The translations under genes and the position numbers were made by a program. Below the pieces are notes generated by a model, which was given only the letters and a program-made list of their open reading frames with translations, ran no database searches and was not told where the DNA came from. A stretch of 64,000 bases of DNA from Octopus bimaculoides (lineage: Eukaryota): assembly GCF_001194135.2 (NCBI RefSeq), contig NC_068984.1, forward strand, positions 69,106,284 through 69,170,283, written 5' to 3'. Positions 25,086 through 37,506 of the stretch are shown here, one piece after another (position 1 is the first letter of the stretch; every line of letters starts with the position of its first letter).

Positions 25086-27300
25086 AAATATATATGTGTG
25101 TACATGGGTGTGGTAAGTAAAACCATAAAGCCTCAAATTACTGTTGTTCTATTACAGCAATTGGTCCAAGTTTAACCTCTTATAGCCGTCTGTAAGTAGC
25201 ACAACACTTTTATTTTTATGGTTACAAAGTGGTGCTTGTTTACCAACACATATTTGTATTGTTACAATTCATATGTCATAATGGCATTTTGCTATAATAT
25301 CTATATTTATGTAATATCGTTTTTATTTGCAATAATATCCATTTTAAAAAGAATTATTGTACCCAACTGCTGAGTTAAAATTAGGTAGTTCTCAATAGCA
25401 GAGTTGATATAGTAATGCTTTGTTTAGTGTATTCAATTATTGACTACTCAATTTCAGATCTTTCAACATATCAATTTTTTTTTTTTTTTTTAGTATCCAT
25501 ACATGTTTCTACAAAGCTATGGCATTTCTTTTTTCTACATTTCTGATGATGAGCATAAAGTTGAGGAAACTAATCTTGAAGTGGTGGCATTTCTTTTGCC
25601 TTAATTCCTGACGACTGAGGTAACTAATTTAACAGTAAAGTATTAGGTTACAATTTGCCTAATGCATTGCTTGAGCACTTGCCATTGGGCAGGTACTTTT
25701 GCCTAGCTCTACAATTGCATCTGACATTTCTGGGTATTGTTTAGGTTACAACACAAGAGTGTGCTCATTATGATGCTAAAGACATTATGTTTGTTGATGT
25801 AGCTAAATTTAATGTTGCTTTCATGGAATACCTAATGATAGTTTTGGATGGATGGAATGTGTCTTTTATTAGAACTAATATGTTATTAGCTACATTAGTT
25901 AATACACTTGCAGTGAAAGATAAGTGAAGCCATATGATATTATACTTTCTGAATATGTTGTGCTGCTTACTATTCAATAAGAACAACACCAAATATCGTC
26001 CAGAATGAATTAATCATAACTTTCTCCATACAGCACACAAAATAAGCTATTGCTTTGTATGTAGAATGACTACAACTTGATCTGGTAATTTACTTGAAGC
26101 ATTATCATGTCTGCATATAAATAGGGAAGAAAATAAAAGCTACTTAATAAAGCAAAAGTGAACAAACTCTAATCTTTAACAGTAATATGTTTCAGTTCAA
26201 GATTAGAGTTTGTTAAATATAATTTAATGAATAAATTTATTTTCCTCAAACATTGCATAGTTAAGTGGATTTTTATTTACCTTCTAATTTACATATGAAT
26301 AGAATTTGATTTATTTTACTGAATAAAGAAGATGTCATCCAATTACCAATATTACTGACACTTCTGGAATTGTTGCTGTTGTTGTTCTTTTAGTGAAGTG
26401 AAACTAATGCAACATTTTATTACTAAACCAAATGTCCAATTACTCGAAATCGTGATGTTTTCATATAACTAGGGTTACCGTTTTGCTCTCTAATTCTTCA
26501 TTAAGCAAGAAACAATATGAATAACTGATATAAGCAAAGAGATCGGATCTTGGGTGGGAGCGAAGAAAATATCACTTCTAATAACCTGTGCTGTCTTAAG
26601 GCAGAGACACACTGGGCAGTTACCAGTGAAATTCTACACTCTAGGACTGAAACCTAATCTATGTATGTTGTGGCTTATTGTCAATAAATATTATTGTGTC
26701 CAGTTCATTGATTTGCTTGGAGGCCTATAATACTTCTAAGATAGCTCTGATATCAATACCAGTACATCACTAGCATTTTCTTTTATTGATGCAGGAAAGA
26801 TAAAAGACAAAACTGAGACAAATGAAGTTTATAATCAGAAATTTTAATGCAAAATTCAAATATTTTTCATCATTATTCATTCCAAGAAAAATATCTGCAC
26901 TCACTAATCTACATCTTGATTTTGCAAACATATCATTAGTGCTGTTGTAGTTGTAACTAATGCCCTGCTTGAACTAATATTGCCTGATGCTTGAAGCAGG
27001 AGCATGTATGCAGAAAGAGACATAATAATGCTTGAATAGCACAAAAAATGCAACCAACAACATTGTCAAAACGTTTGCACATAAATAAATATATGCATGT
27101 ACATGTTTGTAGGTAGGTAGGTAGGTAGGTAGGTAAGTAGTTGGCTTGGTAGGCATGTAAATGTGTGTGGTGAGTTGTGTTGAAAACGCCAAAATCCTAA
27201 GCAAGTTACAAGTCAAGGGCTAAATTTTCATTTGTTCTCTGTCATATGTTTTTGTCATTCATACTCATTATTTATAAATACACATTCATGCATACATATG

Positions 27301-27359
<59 letters not shown>

Positions 27360-27500
27360 NNNNNNNNNNNNNNNNNNNNNNNNNNNNNNNNNNNNNNNNN
27401 NNNNNNNNNNNNNNNNNNNNNNNNNNNNNNNNNNNNNNNNNNNNNNNNNNNNNNNNNNNNNNNNNNNNNNNNNNNNNNNNNNNNNNNNNNNNNNNNNNNN

Positions 27501-27546
<46 letters not shown>

Positions 27547-28849
27547 GCATGTATTTATAATATGTATATATATATTATGAGGATAAGAACAGACCCTCTG
27601 ACCTTAGCCTGACCTTGTTCAGAAGTTGTTCAAGGACCAAAATATCAGCTATGCTGGCCACAACCAACCTTTCTTTCAGGTTAAAATAAATAGAACACCA
27701 GAGAATGAAAGAGAGAAAGGAGGAGAAAGAGAAATACAAGTGATGAGTATCTTGCTGGCATTCATTACAGAACTCAAAGCCTCCATCACAGAAAAAAGAA
27801 AGAAAAACTTATGCGAATGGGAATAATTTTGGCAGCAACAACACAACAACCACAACAGGCACAACAACCACAATAACAACTACAACAAATCGTACATATA
27901 TTGATAGAATTATACATATATTGATAGAATTATACATATATCATCTATATTCAATTTTCTTCTCATCTGAGAATACACAGCAAGTTGTCCACATATGTTA
28001 TCTTTGTTACCACATTATTTACCATCTCTTAACAATGCTGGGATGACAACTTGCTCAGTTATGGACAGAAACGGAAGACCGAAAGGTTTCCAGCTATTAA
28101 TAATTCCTCATAATACATATAAAAGAATTTCTGGAGAATGATTCAGACACTAACTTAATTGTAATATCATATTTAACTTTCTCTTTCAATAAATTTGTCT
28201 GAGATACAGAATCAGAATCAGTTTTCGTTTTATGGCTAAAAGCAGATCGGTAACTCTGTGCAATTTCCGCCACTCTCTCCTTTCCTCTCCTGCTCTCATT
28301 TTCTCACTGTGTAAATATACAGATATTTATATACAAACTCAAATATTCATACTTACATAGAGAAAGAGCGAGAGGCAGATGCATATACGTGTGTGTCTAT
28401 GTGTGTAGATACACACAAACACACACATACATAATAAAAATTGTTCTTAATTCCGTATAAGCCCCTTATGTTTAATCTGGAACAATAATGTTCCGAGCTC
28501 CCTTAACAATTTTAAAACTTCTCACCCTAGCCTCTGGAATGAAATGATGGCAGAGGTACATTATTGTGGCATACTGTATTAAGCAGTCAGGGAACATAAG
28601 AATGGTGTTTGTAGCAGATGAAATCGTCATCAGTAAGTTTTAAATAGTTTAACGGCTAATTTTGATTATTCTCAGTTTATTTTACATGTGATGTATGTTG
28701 AGTCTTTTAAAATGTACTTCGCTATTAATATATCTTTCATATTTAACCGTGTGGCATTTTCTTTTTCTTTTTTGCAGAAAACCATATCAGATACTAGAAT
28801 TATCAGCTGTATTTCCATCTAGTTTTTTTTTTTATTTCTTTATTGTTCG

Positions 28850-29051
28850 CAGGGGGCTAAACATAGAGAGGACAAACAAAGGGATTAAGTCGATTGCATC
28901 AACCCCCGTGCGTAACTGATACTTATTAATCGACCTCGAAAAGATGAAAGGCAAAGTCGACCGCGGCGGAATTTGAACTCAGAACGTAACGTCAGACGAA
29001 ATACAGCTAAGCATTTCGTCCGAGGTGCTAACGATCCTGCCAGCTCGCCGC
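28850..29051 (-). mobile_element. tRNA-derived SINE (family A), well preserved
   Basis: Full head GGCGGCGAGCTGGCAGGA...GAGTTCAAATTCCGCC plus body. Confidence 0.9.
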
Positions 29052-29276
29052 CGTGTCTATTTGTGTTTCGTTTTACAGTGTATCGTAATAGCTCTTTGTT
29101 TTTAAATCTCTGATGAGAAAGTATTTTTATTTGTGTGTCTGACTTCTCTGTTTAAGTCATAAAGTTGACAATTTTCGTTTTTACTTATAATAGTATTTCA
29201 CTAAATGTCTAAATGAAGTTATGTCACCTATAGGTTTGTGGTTTTATGCAGAAGAGAATGCTTTTAATGCAATGTC

Positions 29277-29508
29277 ATTACCAGTTCGAATATACCAGTG
29301 ACATGTTCTAATTCGTAAGCAAATCATTCTCTATGTTTTGTCATGGAGAAAGTTCCTCATTGTAGACATATGGTGTTAATACACCTCTGATTTCGGTGTA
29401 TTTACACAATTTGTCTACAGCTACAGCGAGAAACTTTCTCCATGACAAACACAGTCAATGGCTTGTTTACAAATTAGAACGTGCCCCTAGCATATTCGAA
29501 CTGGTAAT
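29277..29508. mobile_element. Foldback/MITE-like palindromic element
   Basis: Arms 29277-29368 and 29412-29508 are imperfect reverse complements (ATTACCAGTTCGAATAT...TTTGTCATGGAGAAAGTT...TGTAGACA). Confidence 0.8.
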
Positions 29509-30655
29509 AAAAATGCATTTATTCACATCACCGCTTAGCACTCCCACTCTGTAGAATGCTTTTAATTCTAGTATTTTTTTTCAAACGTTTTGTGATCAGT
29601 TGTGTTATATGTTTTGTGAAATATTTTATGGGACTTTTAAGATACATTCATCCATTTCAAAACCATGGCACATTTAGACATGCAGTGTACTATATGTGTG
29701 ATTTGGTGCCTACTTCGAAACGCGACAGCGTATCACATAATTCAAAAGATGGGGCTGATAAGTTCTTTGTGCGTTAATGAATTTCTGTAAATTATTGCTC
29801 TAAACCAGTGTTTCTCAACCTTCTTTTTTTTTTTATCTATGGATCACTTTAGTTTCTATTTTACTCAGATTAACCCTCCTAGCCATTCGATGTTTTTTTT
29901 AAAAAAAATCATTATGCTTTTGTAATTAAATGCTATCATGGGTTATATAAAGAAATTGTAAAATATTTTGTATATTGTAAGAAGTTTATTGTAGATAAAT
30001 TTTAACAACAAAATCTTATATGAACTGCCTAGGGGCATATGACCCCCCGATTGAAGAACACTGCTTTAAACCATACGAAGAAATTTAACGAAGAAAATCA
30101 GTCCGGAAATTAAACCTTTAAGCAATTGAGTTTACAATATAATAATATATATATATATGTATATCTGCGCCTGTATGCACATATATATGTGTATAACTCT
30201 TTCTCTAACACGAACATTTCTAGAGACTGTCACTAATACAGATATAATTCTCCCATAAAATATTCAGTGATAATAGCTTATGCATTCGTACTCATATATA
30301 AACGTATATACACGTACACGCACACACCAGCACACATGTAGCCACTCGTTACATGTACTGCAGAGGGACAAGGACTCACGATCCTTAGATTATAGGTCTG
30401 CTATTGTGTGTGTGTGTGTGTGTGTGTGCGCCCGTGTGTGTTTGTGTGCACGTTTGTTTGGAAGTATATATATGTGCATATAGTGATACATTACGAGTGC
30501 TTATATGCACCATGAGCCCTTACAAAAGATCCTCTTATGGTAAGTGACCCAGTATTGAGTGTCCTAAAACAATCTCTACGTTAGGTTGGAGATCAAGATT
30601 ACCTTTTGGTATTAATACTACTTCTGTCGCTTTTAATTATATATATCCGTGCGTA

Positions 30656-30691
<36 letters not shown>

Positions 30692-31269
30692 TGTATAAAT
30701 ATTTACACACATATATAAACGTGTATATATTTTGGTGTATATATGTGCGCGCCCACACACACACTCACATACACACACACACTCACATACACACACATAC
30801 ACATACATACACATACACACACACACACGCACATACACACACACACACACACACACGCATACACACATGCACACACGCAGACATATATATATACTAGAAA
30901 CGTGCCGATGAGGTAAGCAAGGCAGACAGTACCTAACTTGATCGATAACAAAATTTTCCTCTTATGGCAAAATATGCCCCTAATTCAATAAAATTATGAA
31001 GGTTACTCTGATTACTATGCATAACATGCAAAGTTTTTTGTTTGTAGATTAAGTAGGCATAATGCGCCCCTACCTTTCAATCTTAATATTTAAGCTACCC
31101 ATAGTATTGCTGTAGTACACGTGCTGCGTACATTCCTACAGCAACGTTTTCTTTACGGGCAGTAACGGCAGAAGTAAATCTGCCTTCAACTCAGTTGCGC
31201 AGCTGCGTTTCGCTTATTTTTTGTGTGTTTTACTACATAAATGTCACCAACTACCTACCCTGAGTATAT

Positions 31270-31875
31270 ATAGAGAATATGACCAAAGACTGCGTGTACT
31301 CCATCCCATGTAGCTGTGGTTGGTTACACAAAGGCGAAACCTGTCGCCCCCTCAAAATAAGGGTAGACGAACATCACAAAGCTGTGACACGAGGAGATAT
31401 TGATAAATCGAGTATAGCTGATCATGTATGGAAAAATGGGGACCACCTCCCCCTGTGGGATGAAGTTAAAATAATAGACAGAGAACACCACTGGAAAATA
31501 CGAAAACTTAATGAAGCAGCACATATGCTAGGACACAACAACCTCCTAAGCAGACCGAGTGCAGATACGAGCAGCATATGGGAACCCGTATTAAGGAAGG
31601 ATAGGGAAATATTAGATTTATAGGCCCTAAAATTCACTCCATAATTGCCCACAGACATATGGCGTAGTGGTCAAGAGCGCGGCCTACAAACTTCCGACTT
31701 CGAGTCCAGACAGGGACCTGAATTAATAATAATAATAATAATAAAAATAATAACAACAACAACAACATCAAAAGTTACCTTTGATATGAGAAATTTCCCC
31801 AAGACACCTGATGAAGCCAGGTTGTGTTATCAACAAACAAGATGAGTACAGATCTCTGTCAAATGTAAATAATTC
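31270..31875 (+). mobile_element. Penelope-like element, 3' part (GIY-YIG endonuclease, tRNA-like segment, HHR relic)
   Basis: ORF 31279-31623 CVYSIPCSCG..HKGETCRPLKIRVDEH...SSIADHVW...IIDREHHWKIRKLNEA, a different PLE GIY-YIG type from 20283. Confidence 0.85.
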
Positions 31876-31989
31876 ACTCTTGATATTCGGGAAAAATAAA
31901 ACGTTGAATAAAGATAAAACAAATGATACAGTAAATGATTAAAATATTACTAAAAGCTTCATTAGTAATGAAAGTTATGAGCCACTCCA

Positions 31990-32660
31990 TCTTACTTTCG
32001 GAACTATATCGCTCAATAGTTATTTGTAATCGTTTGTTTATATGCTTATACATTTTTTCCAGTGTTACAGATCTCCCGTCGATCAAATACAACCTTTTTC
32101 AGTTGTGCCAAGTGTTCTTCCCTTTTCAATGCTGTAATTAATTTCTATAGTTTCGAATGTGTGCATGTTAAAGAATCTTGTAGTGCATTGTGATATCCCT
32201 CTAAATGCGAGGCATATCCGATTCTGTTCTAAAGCTGACATTCCAACCATCTATGGAAAACAAAGGAGAAATTCTCCGTTGTCTAATTCCTCTACCTCGC
32301 ACGCGTTCTATGTACGATAATCCAAAGTAGGACACAGGTTCTTGCGGAAGATCGTCGTCATCTACAAGCTCTTCGAATCCATCAATCACATCATCGAAAA
32401 GAAGAAAAGCTAGCGCTGAGAAACATCTGATCTTAATGCTAAACACATTATCATGATGATATGTATCTTTCCTTAAAGCCAAATTCACATACTTTTCTGT
32501 ACACATTTTGAGATAGAGCAAAAAGACAATATGTGATGGAAGCACTAGGAAACTGATAAAATGCTTTTTCAAAATCCATCATAACGTTTTCAGGGCTCAG
32601 TTCGTATGGAATTACATGGTCAGTTCCACCATGAAACCAACTATACTTTGTTTCAAGCAG
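31990..32660 (-). mobile_element. MULE (Mutator-like) transposase fragment
   Basis: DFEKAF, IKIRCFSALAFLLFDDVIDGFEEL...YFGLSYIE...SPLFSIDGWNV..RT....PR, LEGYHNAL. Confidence 0.7.
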
Positions 32661-32669
32661 ACTATACTA

Positions 32670-33020
32670 GATCATAGATACGGCATTCCCAGCTGACAAC
32701 AAGGTATGCGATAAGGAAGAAAGAAAATTCGAGAGATATGACAGGTTAACTTCGGAAGTTAAGTAGTTGTGGTCGATGAAAAAGGTAGCAGTAGTACCAA
32801 TAACTGTCGGAGCCCTGGGAACAGTGAGCAAAAATCTCGAGAAGTACGTGGAACAAATAGTGGCCGCAATAAGGGTGGAGCACTTGCAGAAGACAGCACT
32901 ACTTGGAACCGCTGGAATACTCCGGAAGGTGCTCGAAAAATAAGGGGCGTTACCTTAGTTCACTGGTAGTGAACAGCTGACACTGTAGTACATCTCCAGC
33001 GTTAGAAGCTGTGCAAGGAC

Positions 33021-33021
<1 letters not shown>
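32670..33021 (+). mobile_element. R4/Dong-like RLE domain, C-terminus and 3' UTR
   Basis: IIDTAFPADNKVCDKEERKFERY..L..E..*LW...VVPITVGALGTV...LQKTALLGTAGILRKVLEK*, followed by an (AAT)n tail. Confidence 0.85.
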
Positions 33022-33055
<34 letters not shown>

Positions 33056-34408
33056 ATTTCAACGTTTTATTTATGTTTTGTTTTATTTCTAATATTAGGA
33101 TTGAAATTACCGGGACTGAAATGACCAGAAATCAATTTACCTAGAATCATATATGTGTGCGCGCGCGTGTGACATAACCTATACTGTTTCAGGCATCAGC
33201 AATAAATTAGATCAAATACTATCCTACTGTAGACCCTGATAGATTCCCCGCTAATGTTCTGAAGAATGTATAGACACCTACTTGCAGAGGTTACAGATGT
33301 GTGATGAAAGATTTCCTGACAATGGACATAAAATAAAATAAGAAACAATAATAAACGAGTGAAGAACGAATATACAGTGCGTGTGTCTCTTTGGCAAGAA
33401 AGAAAATGACTATCCCGAAATATAACAATATTTGTTTCAATACACGATTTCACATCAGGAATCTTGCGAAACAAATTCATAAACGTGTATGTGTAGTATA
33501 AAGATATTTGTGTGTGTATGTGTGTGTGTGTCTGTGTACTGACAGGTGTATATTTAGATGTATAAATGTACCAATACACATTTGGAGAAATTAAAGCAAT
33601 TCATACTACATAGAGGGTAACAACATATGGTTATTTGTAACTATATACATTCAGTGTAATACAGAATATAAATATGTATGCACGTATGTATGTATATAAA
33701 TATATATATATACATACATAAATAGCTATCTATTGATGTGTGTGTGTATTTACATAAGTACATACATACATACATACGTACGTACATACATACGTACGTA
33801 CATACATACATACATACATACATACATACACAAAACTTTCCAAAAATTTAGCACATAAATACATATGCATGCATCTAGACATAAAAACGCATCCATAAAA
33901 CAAACATACAAATCTGCGCATACACTAACACCAAATACTGCACACACACACACATATGCACAAATACCTAGATGATGTTGATAAAAGTTCCAATGAAGGA
34001 GCCTTGAATCTATGTTAGAGTCCGGCTCTTTCTCTATGGACAAGAAATACAGAAATGAAACTGATTGATAACATACATACATACATACATACATACATAC
34101 ATACGCATGTCCATTTTTTCATGAACATTTATATTTGTAATTCATAGATTAGAGACAGAAAATGGAATAAAGAATCTCCTGAATTCTATTTTCTGTGTTT
34201 GATCTATTTGTATAAACTCCACAGACACCAAGAAATTCTCGAGTAAATTTAGTAGCATAATCATCACTGCCGATGTTGATATCAGATAGCCAACAACTGT
34301 GGACGTGCTTTATACAGCATCGAACAAAGCTCATACCCGAATATAATTACAATTTTAAGTATTTGTATTTATATATGAAAAGAGGTATATTTAGATGTAT
34401 CAACATCT

Positions 34409-34555
34409 AACCTTGTTACGACTTTTACTTCCTCTAAGCGATCGGGTTCGGTCGTCTTCTCCGGGCCATCAGAGAACGCGCCGACGACGGCGCGGAATGC
34501 CGCCGCGCCTAAGCGAACTCGTCGGCCAGATCCGAGGACCTCACCGGACCGTTCG

Positions 34556-34598
<43 letters not shown>

Positions 34599-34710
34599 GA
34601 TCGACGCGGGCTGATGACCCGCGCCTACCGGGAATTCCTCGTTCACGGGGTTGGTTCCAGGACCCGATCCCTATCACGGGAGGTGGTTCAGAAGTTTCCC
34701 GACCCTTTCG
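34409..34710 (-). pseudogene. Orphan 18S rRNA 3' fragment
   Basis: Contains universal SSU motifs TGTACACACCGCCCGTCGCTACTACCGAT and AGAGGAAGTAAAAGTCGTAACAAGGTT, with a GC-rich expanded helix between them. Truncated before the terminal helix; the other end runs into an N gap. Confidence 0.9.
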
Positions 34711-35235
34711 NNNNNNNNNNNNNNNNNNNNNNNNNNNNNNNNNNNNNNNNNNNNNNNNNNNNNNNNNNNNNNNNNNNNNNNNNNNNNNNNNNNNNNNNNN
34801 NNNNNNNNNNNNNNNNNNNNNNNNNNNNNNNNNNNNNNNNNNNNNNNNNNNNNNNNNNNNNNNNNNNNNNNNNNNNNNNNNNNNNNNNNNNNNNNNNNNN
34901 NNNNNNNNNNNNNNNNNNNNNNNNNNNNNNNNNNNNNNNNNNNNNNNNNNNNNNNNNNNNNNNNNNNNNNNNNNNNNNNNNNNNNNNNNNNNNNNNNNNN
35001 NNNNNNNNNNNNNNNNNNNNNNNNNNNNNNNNNNNNNNNNNNNNNNNNNNNNNNNNNNNNNNNNNNNNNNNNNNNNNNNNNNNNNNNNNNNNNNNNNNNN
35101 NNNNNNNNNNNNNNNNNNNNNNNNNNNNNNNNNNNNNNNNNNNNNNNNNNNNNNNNNNNNNNNNNNNNNNNNNNNNNNNNNNNNNNNNNNNNNNNNNNNN
35201 NNNNNNNNNNNNNNNATATATATATATATATATAT

Positions 35236-35300
<65 letters not shown>

Positions 35301-37186
35301 TGCATTCATACATATACAGGTATATATACGTAAGGAAGTGTGTGTGTGTGTTTGTATGTGTGTGTGAATATATGAATAAATACATAATATGATAAGAGAT
35401 TATCCTAAAGCCAATATGATATATTCATATGCTACCTCCACTCTTCTTGTACTTTCCATAAATGTCAAGCAACAAACCTTTATAGACAACAACTTCGGAA
35501 CCTATTCTATTGTATGACATAAGTGCTCTGCTCAACGTTACATTAAACAGAGAGAAACATTTCTGCAAACACTCCAGCACCAGCAACAAAAATATGAAAG
35601 ATGAAAAATATGAAAATATAAATGAATGAAAATGTGATAGTCATATTTAAATAGCCAGCAGGTGATGGATGAAAATAAAAATAAATAAGAACAGGTGGAG
35701 GACTGCTAATTTATCTTGAAGATGTGCCAATACCGATATTGACATCGTGAAAAAGTAACTGGTTTCTATAAATACTATGGAAACTGAAAAAGAGTTCTAA
35801 AATATGAAATGTGTGTGTGTGTGTGTGTTCCTATGTACATACATATATATGTGTATATATATATATGTGTGTGTGTGTATGTGTGTGTGCATGTGTGTGA
35901 GTGTGTGTGTGTGTATATGTATGTAATACATGTATATATGTAATACATCTTTATATATATGTGTGTGTGTGTGAGTGTGAGTGTCTCTGTGTGTACATGC
36001 ATATACATTTACATATATGCACACATATTTCATACACACGCATTCTTACTCACATACATATACATACATGCATGCATACATATATGCGTACATACATACA
36101 TANNNNNNNNNNNNNNNNNNNNNNNNNNNNNNNNNNNNNNNNNNNNNNNNNNNNNNNNNNNNNNNNNNNNNNNNNNNNNNNNNNNNNNNNNNNNNNNNNN
36201 NNNNNNNNNNNNNNNNNNNNNNNNNNNNNNNNNNNNNNNNNNNNNNNNNNNNNNNNNNNNNNNNNNNNNNNNNNNNNNNNNNNNNNNNNNNNNNNNNNNN
36301 NNNNNNNNNNNNNNNNNNNNNNNNNNNNNNNNNNNNNNNNNNNNNNNNNNNNNNNNNNNNNNNNNNNNNNNNNNNNNNNNNNNNNNNNNNNNNNNNNNNN
36401 NNNNNNNNNNNNNNNNNNNNNNNNNNNNNNNNNNNNNNNNNNNNNNNNNNNNNNNNNNNNNNNNNNNNNNNNNNNNNNNNNNNNNNNNNNNCGCATACGT
36501 ACGTTCGGAGGTATATACATATATTCTCGAAAATAGCTTTGGAGTTACAAAGATAGTTGCTAGGGGTGGTTCTACAAATGAAAGGTTACATTTTTGTTGC
36601 GTCTGGTTTAACTTCAGTAACTGTCAAAAGTGTTCATGCTCTCTTACACAGCCTGCAGTGCTAGGAGCAAAAAGATAAGATAAAAGTGTAAGAAAGGACA
36701 TTGCGTTGAAAATATGCTGTCAGTAGTTACAATAATGAAGTCAAAAACGAATGGTGAAGGAAAGACGTTAATGAATTATAAAGACTGACTTCGTTTTAAC
36801 ACTCTTTTTGTGTGCTTATTCTTTCCGTCAGATTTAACTTTTCGTTTTTTCCTTATACCCTTGCCTTATTCAAAGCGCAGTGCTACCGTTCAATCGTTTC
36901 GAAGATTGTTTTCTCTTTCTCTTTGCTCTGACGAAGTGCTTTGCCTTAAACATCATTACTCTCATCGCAGTATATCATCTATTATACGTTCAAATATTAC
37001 ATTTTTTTTTACCAATACGTACCATAATTAGTTACCTTTTATATGTTGTTCTGTTTAAATTTCAGTGAATATTTCGTACATATATATTTATTTATGTGTG
37101 CTTGTATTACACACACACTCACACATGTATGTAAGCCTCAATGTATGTATATATATCTTGAAAAGATAGGTGCTTGAAAAGATATG

Positions 37187-37506
37187 GGATCCTTTCCTTT
37201 TGGCCGGCACATAGAAAAAATATTTTTTTGTAACTAAACATTTTCAAATTTCGTATACTGGTAGAATGTGTCATTTAAAACACCATTTACTCTTGGCGGT
37301 TTTAAGAAAATTCTATATTTTCGAAGTTATTTCGTGTTAAAGTTGTCGTATTTCGGTAATTTCAATCAATCAAAATATAGAATTTTCTTAAAAACGCCAA
37401 GAGTAAATGATGTTTTAAATAACACATTCTACCAGTAGATGAAACTTGAAAGTGTTTAGTTACAAAAAATTATTTTTTCTATGTACCGGCCAAAAGGAAA
37501 AGATCC
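37187..37506. mobile_element. Foldback MITE with ~135-bp inverted arms
   Basis: Arms 37187-37321 and 37372-37506 are imperfect reverse complements around a 50-bp spacer. Confidence 0.85.

Noticed and set aside
25540-25650. CTGATGA...GAAAC and CTGACGA-CTG...CAG-TAAA hammerhead-like words
   Set aside because: Stem II or the GAAA core is missing, and there is no stem I/III.
25745-25925. + strand open stretch VTTQECAHYDAKDIMFVDVAKF... after TTTAG
   Set aside because: No recognisable homology, no convincing donor, and no in-phase neighbouring exon.
28580-28640. Minus-strand CTGATGACGATTTCATC motif
   Set aside because: No GAAA core or stem III.
30895-30950. CCGATGA-GGTA...TACC motif
   Set aside because: GAAA and the cleavage helix are absent.
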